Source: a virus
Taxonomy: Duplodnaviria > Heunggongvirae > Uroviricota > Caudoviricetes
Strand: one strand, 5' to 3'
DNA: 34,720 bases
Virus record (IMG/VR): IMGVR_UViG_2529293223_000013
The translations under genes and the position numbers were made by a program. The notes below the pieces were generated by a model. The model ran no database searches. It had not been told where the DNA came from and saw only the letters and a list, made by a program, of their open reading frames with translations. Of this stretch, positions 1 through 8,168 are shown piece by piece (position 1 is the stretch's first letter; each line of letters starts with the position of its first letter).

Positions 1-219
1 TTACATCCACATAATTTGCTGCCCTGACGGCAACGGGTGCGGCCTTACGGCGTGGACTTCTCCCGGCTTCACGATGTATCGCTGTACCGACTCATAAGTG
101 ATGAACGTGGCGCTGCAATTCACGTTCTGGCACTGGTGATAACGCTCTTTTGTCGTGTCAGTGATATAGCGACTTGTACGCGCATGTGCGGCATGCTGGC
201 ATAAAGGACAATGAAACAT
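1..219 (-). CDS. ogr: Ogr late-gene transcriptional activator (C4 zinc finger)
   Basis: ORF 1..282 (-). From the internal Met (MFHCPLCQHAAHARTSRY...CQNVNC...) it is 72 aa, matching P2 Ogr with its Cys4 motif. The 21-codon upstream extension in the ORF track is probably not translated. Confidence 0.85.
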   Translation of the reverse strand: MFHCPLCQHAAHARTSRYITDTTKERYHQCQNVNCSATFITYESVQRYIVKPGEVHAVRPHPLPSGQQIMWM

Positions 220-300
220 CGCGAGCACCTCTTCCGGTTTTGTTGATGGTGCCATTTTAGTTAATTTATCCTTATAAAACAAATAGATAAAATAAAAACA

Positions 301-1464
301 TCACTCATCATCTTCTGTTTCGTACTCCACATCAGAAAGCCTGACCTCAAGCTCCAAGGACGTCGTGAAGCCGCTATTATTCAGAAAATGTGTCACCTTA
401 GTGATTGTCCAGTCCTGCTCGTCTATGACGCGCTTAAAGCCTGACACTTTAACCGGTGTTTCCGTGTAAATATCAGCACGACCGGTAGCCAGACTGATGG
501 AGAACTCCGCAACGCCCCGTTGCAGCTTATCCCACTTCGCCTGAGCGGCGCGCATGGCCTGCGCTTTCGTGGCATATACCGTGGTCAGGGCAAAAACGTT
601 GTCAGCCTCACCGGCCATGTATTCACCTTCGCGCGCTTCCGGTACTTTTGGCGCTTTCTTCTGCGTGACCGGTTTCGCTTTCGGGTGCTCCAGTGCGCGC
701 AGGTGTTTTTCTTCCTTTTTGCGTTTCAGTTTTACCTTCTGCTTTTGCGGCTTCGGGTCTTTGGTGTGTAACCACTTTGCCGTTACGCCGGTGTAAGCTC
801 CACGGTCAGCAATCGCAAAATGATGACGGTCGCCGTCGCTGCGGGTGATGGTAATCTGCGGGATTTTTTTACCGCTGGCCGTCACCCCCTGCCCCGCTTT
901 GAGAAACAGCAGTTTCCCCATTTTTACCGACACCTCGCCGCCGTTGCGTTCAGCAAGACGGGTCAGGAATTTCACATCGGACTCCTGCGACTGGTCGATG
1001 TGCGGGATTTTAATTCCGGCCAGTGACGGAGCGACACTGGCTTCCAGCCTGTTACGGGTGGCTATCGCCTCAACAATCGCACCGAGCGTGGTGTCATGCC
1101 AGGAGCCTTCCCGGCGGGAATTGAGCGTCCCGCGAAAATCTGCACTCCGGGCGCGGATGGTGACCACATCCGGTGCGCCCCGGTGTTCAACCTCATCAAC
1201 GGTAAATTTCCCTTTGCATACCAGGGCAAAACCTTTCCAGCCGATATACACCGTCAGGACAGCGCCACGAACCGGCAGCCCGACCTGCCCGTCGGCATCG
1301 TTCAGTTCAATATCAAGCTGGTCAGCCTCAAAGCCCCGGTTATCCGTCAGGGTCATGCTCATCAGACGGTCGCTGATATTGCCGGTAATATCCCTGCTGT
1401 CGAGCATCAGCATGTAATCCGGCGTCAGCGTACTGCCTGCATCAAATGTCAGCGCATCCAGCAT
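301..1464 (-). CDS. D: Tail protein D (P2 gpD)
   Basis: 387-aa ORF, the size of P2 gpD, located between ogr and U as in P2. Stop overlaps U start. Confidence 0.85.
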   Translation of the reverse strand: MLDALTFDAGSTLTPDYMLMLDSRDITGNISDRLMSMTLTDNRGFEADQLDIELNDADGQVGLPVRGAVLTVYIGWKGFALVCKGKFTVDEVEHRGAPDVVTIRARSADFRGTLNSRREGSWHDTTLGAIVEAIATRNRLEASVAPSLAGIKIPHIDQSQESDVKFLTRLAERNGGEVSVKMGKLLFLKAGQGVTASGKKIPQITITRSDGDRHHFAIADRGAYTGVTAKWLHTKDPKPQKQKVKLKRKKEEKHLRALEHPKAKPVTQKKAPKVPEAREGEYMAGEADNVFALTTVYATKAQAMRAAQAKWDKLQRGVAEFSISLATGRADIYTETPVKVSGFKRVIDEQDWTITKVTHFLNNSGFTTSLELEVRLSDVEYETEDDE

Positions 1465-1943
1465 TATTCCGCCCCCGTCATCCCCGTGAATCTGGTCGCC
1501 AGACTGCCAGCCTTACCGATGAGCGACTCCGCCTGTTTACCGATATCGCCATAAAGCGCGGCCAGTGATTCATCAACGCGGGTGAGTGACAGCGTAAAAT
1601 CAATTTTCCGGGGTGTGCCGTCTGCAAAGAAAATACTCCCTGTTTCACTCACCCTGCTGATGACATACATGCCGTAAATCATGCCTGTGCCATCCAGCAA
1701 CGGCCACGCCCGGCCTTCCTCTGCCATCAGCCTGAGCGTGGTCATCGTCAGCTTTCCGCCGGTCAGTTCAGGATAAAGCACACCGGCAAGCGTGATGTTT
1801 TCCTCACCCACACCGAGAAACTGGTAGGCATCCCGTTTACCGATACGGGAATTTGACGGCCAGCGATAATCTGATTCACGCTGCATGGTCTGGTGTGGCA
1901 GCGTCTGGCGCATAAAAACAAACATACCTAACGCGAGCATCAT
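1464..1943 (-). CDS. U: Tail protein U (P2 gpU)
   Basis: 159-aa ORF, P2 gpU size and position immediately after the tape measure gene. Confidence 0.85.
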   Translation of the reverse strand: MMLALGMFVFMRQTLPHQTMQRESDYRWPSNSRIGKRDAYQFLGVGEENITLAGVLYPELTGGKLTMTTLRLMAEEGRAWPLLDGTGMIYGMYVISRVSETGSIFFADGTPRKIDFTLSLTRVDESLAALYGDIGKQAESLIGKAGSLATRFTGMTGAE

Positions 1944-1957
1944 TTTTCGTCACCTCC

Positions 1958-4405
1958 TTAACCGTCATGCATCATGCTGGCACGGGCGCGCGCACGTTTA
2001 TCCCGCTCGTATTTTTCGAGCGCATCCTGTAACTGGCGGTCAAGCTGTGTCTCCGGCGCAGTACCGCCCGTCAGGCTGATGTGATATTCGTTTTTACTCT
2101 GGTCCACATAAGAGCGGCCAGCCGGTGCCGTGACCGGCTGATAAGCCTGATAGCCTGCATAAGAGCTGGTCGCCGGAATATAACCACCGGTGCCATACGT
2201 GGCGGCATTAGTCCTTGCGGCGGTCTGGTCAAGTGTGTCTGACTCTTTGTTGATAACACCGAGTTTTTCCAGTACCCAGTCAATACCACTGCGCAGTTTG
2301 TTGAACGCATTAAGCGGCAGCATCAACGCGTCAGCCAGTGCCTGCCCGAACATGACGCCCGTGTCACGGCAACGGTTCAGGGTGTCCTGTGTGGCTTTAA
2401 CCGGGGCAATCAGGTTTTTAAACCACTGCCACGCGGCCTGTAACTTTTCTCCCAGCCAGTCAAACACCGGCTTAAGTGGCGTGAACAGTTCCCCCACCGG
2501 CGCAAATGCCGCTTTCAGCCCTTCCACCACACCGCCAAAGAATGCGCTGACAGGCTCCCAGTATTTACGGATAAGCAACGCCCCGGCGACAATGGCGGCC
2601 ACCACAGCCACAACCGGCCAGCTAATCGCCCCGATGGCCGTCATAACGGCACTGCCAACCGTCGTGAAGATTGCCCCCATTGCGCCTGCTGCCGCGATGA
2701 TGGCATTGATGCCGGTGATAACCGGCCAGACTACAAGGCCAATGGCACCGATGATGCCAGTAAGCGCCAGCGCGCCACCGGCAATGATGCCGATGGTTGA
2801 CGCCAGTGATTTGTTTTTCTGGATCCAGCCGTCGAGTTTTAACACATACTTTGTGGCTGTCTGCGTGAGCTTACGCAGCGCGCCTTCCTGCTGGTCAAAC
2901 AGGTCAGTCCCCACCGCCTCATAAGCGGACTGAAACTCCTTAAAGTCACCGCCGAGGTTATCCTGCATGATTTTAACCAGCTCTTCCGTTTTACCGTCCG
3001 AGGCTTTCAGCGTGGCGGTCAGCTTATCCAGTTTTCCGCTTGCTGCCGCTGCCAGTAAAACGTTCGCTGATTTCAGGGCTTCCTCACCAAAAATGGTTTT
3101 AAGGTATTCCCCCTTCTGAGACGTTCCCAGCTTGTGTTTATCAAAGCTGGCCTGAATCTCTTTCAGAATGGTGAATAACGGACGCATATTTCCCTTTTTG
3201 TCCGAGGTTTTCACGCCAAGCTCTTTGAGTGCATCCCATGCTTTTCCAGTCGGTGCCTGTAATCGGGTGACAACGGCACTGCTACCCGTCCCCGCCATTG
3301 ACCCCCTGATGTTATTGTCATGCAGCACACCTGTCATGGCTGCTGCCTGCTCAAGACTTACACCTGCCGTCCTCGCAACCGGCCCGAGGTAAGTCAGTGC
3401 ATCACTGAGTCCCTGAAAATCAGCCGCCGACTTATTCATCGTTGCCGACAACACGTCGCCCACATGGCTGACATCATCATTTGACAGTTGAAAGGATGCC
3501 TTAGTCCCCAGCAACAGTTGCGCGTTTTCTTCCATCGACCGCTGATTCGCCAGTGCCATATTCAGCGTGACCGGCGTTGCCGCCTGAATAGCCGCAGCAT
3601 CTCCACCCGCTTTCGCAATGATAATCTGTGCACCGGCTGCATCATCTGCCGAGGCTGCGGTATTGTCGCCGAGCTGGCGCGCCTGCTTACGGAGTGCGGT
3701 CATTTCGGCGGAGTCTTTTGCCACACCGAGCACAGCCTGTAATTCTGAGTTTTTCTGCGCAAACTCATAACCGGGCATCAGCAGCTTAACTCCGGCCATC
3801 GTTCCCGCAGCTGCAATCCCCACACCGGCAGCGCCCACTGAGGCCATATTTCCGGCCAGTTCCTTTCCTGCCTGATAACGCTGTTTGACTGCGTTAAGTT
3901 TTACCTGTTGTGCACTGACACGCGCCAGCGCGTCACGCTGACGGTTAAGCTGTGCGGTGGTTTCACTGATACGGTTTTTCAGTCCCTGCTCATCATGTGC
4001 AAGATTGCGGGTATTAATTCCCACAACGGCCAGTTCCCGCTGCTGGCGTTTAACAGAATCCGTCAGGCGGTTATATTTCGCCTGTAAGTCCTCCGCCGCA
4101 CGCTTTGCGGATTCCAGCACTTTCGCCTGAGCACGGGTCGGACGTTCGGTGTTTTTAAACTGTGTGGCAAGGGCTTCGGCTTCCTGCCGAGCCTTTTCAA
4201 GTGCATGACCAGTCACGGCGAGCTGTGCACTGGTCTTGCGAAATCCCTCAATACGGGATGCCTGACCGTTCAGCTCGCGCAGTGATTTTTGTGTTTCCCG
4301 GATATCCCCCGACAGCGATTTGCTCGCTGTGCGGATGGATTTAAACGGGCGGGATGCCTGGTCAACAGCCCTGAGCAATACCTGTAATTTTACATTGTTA
4401 CTCAT
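1958..4405 (-). CDS. T: Tail tape measure protein (P2 gpT)
   Basis: 815-aa ORF, the P2 gpT length. Coiled-coil-rich N-terminal part (QLAV..., ELAVVG...) and Gly/Ala-rich hydrophobic middle are typical of tape measure proteins. Sits between E/E' and U. Confidence 0.9.
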   Translation of the reverse strand: MSNNVKLQVLLRAVDQASRPFKSIRTASKSLSGDIRETQKSLRELNGQASRIEGFRKTSAQLAVTGHALEKARQEAEALATQFKNTERPTRAQAKVLESAKRAAEDLQAKYNRLTDSVKRQQRELAVVGINTRNLAHDEQGLKNRISETTAQLNRQRDALARVSAQQVKLNAVKQRYQAGKELAGNMASVGAAGVGIAAAGTMAGVKLLMPGYEFAQKNSELQAVLGVAKDSAEMTALRKQARQLGDNTAASADDAAGAQIIIAKAGGDAAAIQAATPVTLNMALANQRSMEENAQLLLGTKASFQLSNDDVSHVGDVLSATMNKSAADFQGLSDALTYLGPVARTAGVSLEQAAAMTGVLHDNNIRGSMAGTGSSAVVTRLQAPTGKAWDALKELGVKTSDKKGNMRPLFTILKEIQASFDKHKLGTSQKGEYLKTIFGEEALKSANVLLAAAASGKLDKLTATLKASDGKTEELVKIMQDNLGGDFKEFQSAYEAVGTDLFDQQEGALRKLTQTATKYVLKLDGWIQKNKSLASTIGIIAGGALALTGIIGAIGLVVWPVITGINAIIAAAGAMGAIFTTVGSAVMTAIGAISWPVVAVVAAIVAGALLIRKYWEPVSAFFGGVVEGLKAAFAPVGELFTPLKPVFDWLGEKLQAAWQWFKNLIAPVKATQDTLNRCRDTGVMFGQALADALMLPLNAFNKLRSGIDWVLEKLGVINKESDTLDQTAARTNAATYGTGGYIPATSSYAGYQAYQPVTAPAGRSYVDQSKNEYHISLTGGTAPETQLDRQLQDALEKYERDKRARARASMMHDG

Positions 4406-4825
4406 TCGTGTTTCCGCTTCGCCGGAGCGCCTTTTCGCGCCATGTGATGAGTTCGGTCAGGCTCATGGGATACAGTTCTGATGGCGGCCAGTGAAATATC
4501 ACTGCCACATCCGCCATCAGGTCATCGACCGAGAGATTTTTCGGAAACGTCACTGCACCGAGTTCGGCGACAAAAAACCGACCACCTTACCGGCCAGCGC
4601 CACAAGGTCAGGCAGTTCCAGCGCGGCGACCTCCTGTTCGGTCAGCATCGGTGCCGCCATGCGCGGCAGCACTTTAATCAGTGCATCGACTTCGGAGTTC
4701 GCGACCGCAGCCAGACTGACACCGCGCAGCGTCCCGGCATTGGGTTTCATCAGCGTGACCTGTTCGATAACCTGCTCACCACGCTTGACCGGATTGTCCA
4801 GGGTAATCACATTTTCTTTGTTCAT
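4398..4825 (-). CDS. E': Tail assembly chaperone E+E' made by programmed -1 ribosomal frameshift
   Basis: On the minus strand the E frame contains GGT TTT TTG (plus-strand caaaaaac at 4571..4578). Slipping -1 there opens a frame reading VAELGAVTFPKNLSVDDLMADVAVIFHWPPSELYPMSLTELITWREKALRRSGNTNE and stopping at 4398..4400, overlapping the T start codon at 4403..4405. The fusion is about 142 aa, as for P2 E+E'. Confidence 0.75.
4550..4825 (-). CDS. E: Tail assembly chaperone E (P2 gpE)
   Basis: 91-aa ORF ending ...GKVVGFLSPNSVQ. Size and position match P2 gpE, directly upstream of T. Confidence 0.85.
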   Translation of the reverse strand: MNKENVITLDNPVKRGEQVIEQVTLMKPNAGTLRGVSLAAVANSEVDALIKVLPRMAAPMLTEQEVAALELPDLVALAGKVVGFLSPNSVQ

Positions 4826-4881
4826 GGTTTTCTCACTTCTGAATCAGGGTTAACCGGTCAGCCAGGCTGACCGGATGAAAA

Positions 4882-5400
4882 TCACAGGCCGATATTTCGG
4901 CGGTGTTGCTCCAGCCGGTCGACGCCGTTCACCTTCTCAATCATGTTGATGGTGTCGATTTCGACCAGCTCCTTACCGTCCATCGTCAGCCGGAAATAGG
5001 TGCAGACCACGGAGATTTTCGACTCGGTGTCTTCTCCCTGTTTACCCTCGCCGGTGTCGATTTCTTTCTGACGTCCACGCATGACCACTTCGACGGCCAC
5101 CGTTTCGCCGGTATCGTCGCGCTGGTAAGAGCCTGCAAAACGAATCGGCACGGCATCCACACCGGTTGCGGCGTAAAGCTCCCAGATAACCGAATCCGGG
5201 AAGCCCCCGAGCGACCACTCCATTGACAGCGCATCGTCATCAAGGCCGAGGTCTACCGGTGCGCTGCCGTTCATCCCCGCACCGCGATAGTTTTCGAGCT
5301 TACGGGTCAGTTTTGGCAGCGTGACGGACTTTGCAACGCCCTGATAGCTGTAGCCGTTCAGAAAGACGTTCATTAACTTGAGTTTGCGCGGCATTGCCAT
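4882..5400 (-). CDS. FII: Tail tube protein (P2 gpFII)
   Basis: 172-aa ORF, P2 gpFII size, directly downstream of FI. Confidence 0.9.
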   Translation of the reverse strand: MAMPRKLKLMNVFLNGYSYQGVAKSVTLPKLTRKLENYRGAGMNGSAPVDLGLDDDALSMEWSLGGFPDSVIWELYAATGVDAVPIRFAGSYQRDDTGETVAVEVVMRGRQKEIDTGEGKQGEDTESKISVVCTYFRLTMDGKELVEIDTINMIEKVNGVDRLEQHRRNIGL

Positions 5401-5412
5401 CGGTCAGTCTCC

Positions 5413-6603
5413 TTAATTGCTGTTAACCGAAGTGACCAGATTTGCCAGGTATTTATCGGTGATACGCTGGCGCAGGGTCAGGTTTTCGAGAGGAGGCACC
5501 GGGGTATAGTCGTAGTCGATATACAGTTTTCCGGCCTTGAGGGTTTCCGCATCGTTGGATTCTTCGCTGAACCAGCAGGTCGCATCCACGATATAGCCGT
5601 TTGTTTTCAGCTCACGGAATTTGGCATTGATGCCGTCAACGATGTCGCGAATCAGCGTTGCGGTGATGGGCTTGTCCACCGCCCACATGTGCGCCTCAGC
5701 CATCGTATCGGCCAGCACCTGCGCGGTGCGGGTGTAGTTTTCAAAGAGGAAAAGCGGGTCATCAGAGCAGGTACGGTTACCCCAGAATCGGAAACCGTCA
5801 CGGCGAATCAGCGTAGTGACGCCTGACTCGTTAAGCAGGTCAGCATCGGTGCCGGACTCCTGCAAATCCCAGAATACGGACGCGCTGATGCCGGTAACAC
5901 CGTTCACCCCGACGTTGGACAGCGTTTTATGCCAGCCCTGCTCCTGGTCGATTTTAGCGCGCAGACCCAGCGCACGGGCGGTGGCATACGCGGTGGCGGT
6001 GGTACTGGCGACCGTATCCCATGCGAGGAAATCCGGCCAGATGACCATCAGCTCACGCTGGCTGAAATTCTGGCGGTAGGCTTTCACCTCGGAAACGGTC
6101 TTACAGCCCCATGCGCTGATATACCCGAAAGCGCGCAGCTTCTGACAGACTGATGCCAGTGCAACAGCCACCTCTTTGGTGTCCAGTCCCGGCACGCCGA
6201 GAATACGCGGTTTAACACCGGTTACCGACTCCGCCGCCAGCAGGGCTTTCAGTCCGGTGTACTGACCGTTTTCGTCGGTGGTGCCGATGATATTGGAAAC
6301 GGTCTGCGCGAGTTTCGTTTCCTCGTCGTCGCCGGTGCCGTCTTCCACACGCACGACAACGGTGACCGGTTTTGACTGGTCGGCGATGGCCTGCAACGAT
6401 GCCGCCAGCGTGCCTTTTTTACCGGCCTTTGCAATTGCGCTCTGCACATTGGTAATCAGCACCGGTTTATTGAGGGGGAAGGTTTCCGCATCCGCATCGC
6501 TGGCCGTGCAGACCATGCCGACAATGGCAGTGGATACGGTGGAAATGACGCGGGTGCCGTCGTTAATCTCCAGCACCTGCACGCCGTGATGATAGTCACT
6601 CAT
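5413..6603 (-). CDS. FI: Tail sheath protein (P2 gpFI)
   Basis: 396-aa ORF, P2 gpFI size, first gene of the FI-FII-E-T-U-D operon. Confidence 0.9.
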   Translation of the reverse strand: MSDYHHGVQVLEINDGTRVISTVSTAIVGMVCTASDADAETFPLNKPVLITNVQSAIAKAGKKGTLAASLQAIADQSKPVTVVVRVEDGTGDDEETKLAQTVSNIIGTTDENGQYTGLKALLAAESVTGVKPRILGVPGLDTKEVAVALASVCQKLRAFGYISAWGCKTVSEVKAYRQNFSQRELMVIWPDFLAWDTVASTTATAYATARALGLRAKIDQEQGWHKTLSNVGVNGVTGISASVFWDLQESGTDADLLNESGVTTLIRRDGFRFWGNRTCSDDPLFLFENYTRTAQVLADTMAEAHMWAVDKPITATLIRDIVDGINAKFRELKTNGYIVDATCWFSEESNDAETLKAGKLYIDYDYTPVPPLENLTLRQRITDKYLANLVTSVNSN

Positions 6604-6968
6604 CCGTTTAACTCCGTGGTTAATGGGTGCAACTATTTTCTGTTGGGCAGTGCATGAGACGCTATTTGACCTGGCTGGTCAGTGGATGAAACAACAGATA
6701 AAGAAAATGCGGGCAATTCGCCCGCATGTCCTGATTTGTACACACTCATTTTCCGACTGACAGTTTACATAGCCCAAACGCTATCAAATCTGACAGCCTG
6801 CTATGAGCGAAAAGCGTTAAATCTCACGATATCTGCTACCGGGAAAAATTTCGATTATCTTCGATGGGAACTTTGATAATGTAGTAAATGCCATTTTCAG
6901 CGATCACTTTTCAAGCGTGTGTAAATGATTAATGTTAAAAAATTGACTTCACTGAAATAAGGTTGCTA

Positions 6969-8121
6969 AATAGCTGCGCGGAATAGTAGATCACTTTGAG
7001 GGAACTTAGCCCGGATTGTGCGATCTGATCAATCGCCAAATCAAAACAAATCACCAACCGGACTGAGCAATGCCGATCATAGCACCAATTTCCCGTGACG
7101 AACGACGCCTGATGCAGAAAGCCATCCATAAAACACACGATAAAAATTATGCCCGCAGACTGACTGCCATGCTGATGCTGCACCGGGGCGACCGTGTCAG
7201 CGACGTTGCCAGAACGCTCTGCTGCGCCCGTTCCTCTGTTGGACGCTGGATTAACTGGTTCACGCAGTCGGGTGTTGAGGGACTGAAATCATTACCTGCC
7301 GGGCGTGCCCGTCGCTGGCCGTTTGAGCATATCTGCACACTGTTACGTGAGCTGGTAAAACATTCTCCCGGCGACTTTGGCTACCAGCGTTCACGCTGGA
7401 GTACAGAACTGCTGGCAATAAAAATCAATGAGATAACCGGTTGCCAGTTAAATGCCGGAACCGTTCGCCGCTGGTTGCCGTCTGCGGGGATTGTGTGGCG
7501 AAGGGCTGCGCCAACTCTGCGTATCCGTGACCCGCATAAAGATGAAAAGATGGCAGCAATCCATAAAGCACTGGACGAATGCAGCGCAGAGCATCCGGTC
7601 TTTTATGAAGATGAAGTGGATATCCATCTTCATCCCAAAATCGGTGCGGACTGGCAACTGCGCGGACAGCAAAAACGGGTGGTCACGCCGGGACAGAATG
7701 AAAAATATTATCTGGCCGGAGCGCTGCACAGCGGGACAGGTAAAGTCAGCTATGTGGGCGGCAACAGCAAAAGTTCGGCGCTGTTCATCAGCCTGCTGAA
7801 GCGGCTTAAAGCGACATACCGTCGGGCGAAAACCATCACGCTGATCGTGGACAACTACATTATCCACAAAAGCCGGGAAACACAGAGCTGGCTGAAGGAG
7901 AACCCGAAGTTCAGGGTCATTTATCAGCCGGTTTACTCGCCATGGGTGAATCATGTTGAACGGCTATGGCAGGCACTTCACGACACAATAACGCGTAATC
8001 ATCAGTGCCGCTCAATGTGGCAACTGTTGAAAAAAGTTCGCCATTTTATGGAAACCGTCAGCCCATTCCCCGGAGGCAAACATGGACTGGCAAAAGTGTA
8101 GCGGTATTAAGCGCAGCTATT
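6969..8121 (+). mobile_element. IS630-type insertion sequence (Tc1/mariner-like, IS630 family)
   Basis: Terminal inverted repeats AATAGCTGCGC (6969..6979) and GCGCAGCTATT (8111..8121), continuing as imperfect repeats of about 28 bp. Flanked by a TA dinucleotide on each side (6967..6968 and 8122..8123); removing the element restores CTAG. Length is exactly 1153 bp, which I recall as the IS630 length. Contains one 343-aa transposase ORF. Confidence 0.85.
7070..8101 (+). CDS. IS630-family transposase (DDE)
   Basis: 343-aa ORF inside the inverted repeats with an N-terminal HTH-like region, matching the IS630 transposase as I recall it from Shigella sonnei. Stop codon lies within the right inverted repeat. 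Confidence 0.85.
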   Translation: MPIIAPISRDERRLMQKAIHKTHDKNYARRLTAMLMLHRGDRVSDVARTLCCARSSVGRWINWFTQSGVEGLKSLPAGRARRWPFEHICTLLRELVKHSPGDFGYQRSRWSTELLAIKINEITGCQLNAGTVRRWLPSAGIVWRRAAPTLRIRDPHKDEKMAAIHKALDECSAEHPVFYEDEVDIHLHPKIGADWQLRGQQKRVVTPGQNEKYYLAGALHSGTGKVSYVGGNSKSSALFISLLKRLKATYRRAKTITLIVDNYIIHKSRETQSWLKENPKFRVIYQPVYSPWVNHVERLWQALHDTITRNHQCRSMWQLLKKVRHFMETVSPFPGGKHGLAKV

Positions 8122-8168
8122 TAGTATTTTTGGAGCAACCATTAATGTTTTTTATTTAAGGAATGTAA

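Noticed and set aside
220-282. N-terminal 21-codon extension of ogr in the ORF track
   Set aside because: P2 Ogr is 72 aa and starts at the internal Met (MFHCPLC...); the upstream Met is probably within the promoter or leader.
2190-2924. 244-aa ORF on the plus strand inside the tape measure gene T
   Set aside because: Lies entirely antisense to a well-supported 815-aa gene. Its Ala/Ser/Thr/Pro-rich low-complexity translation is typical of antisense frames in GC-rich coding sequence.
6682-6876. 64-aa plus-strand ORF in the AT-rich region between FI and the IS630 element
   Set aside because: No RBS or recognisable protein features; short ORFs arise by chance in AT-rich DNA. The region is more likely the original regulatory region of the cargo locus or a remnant.
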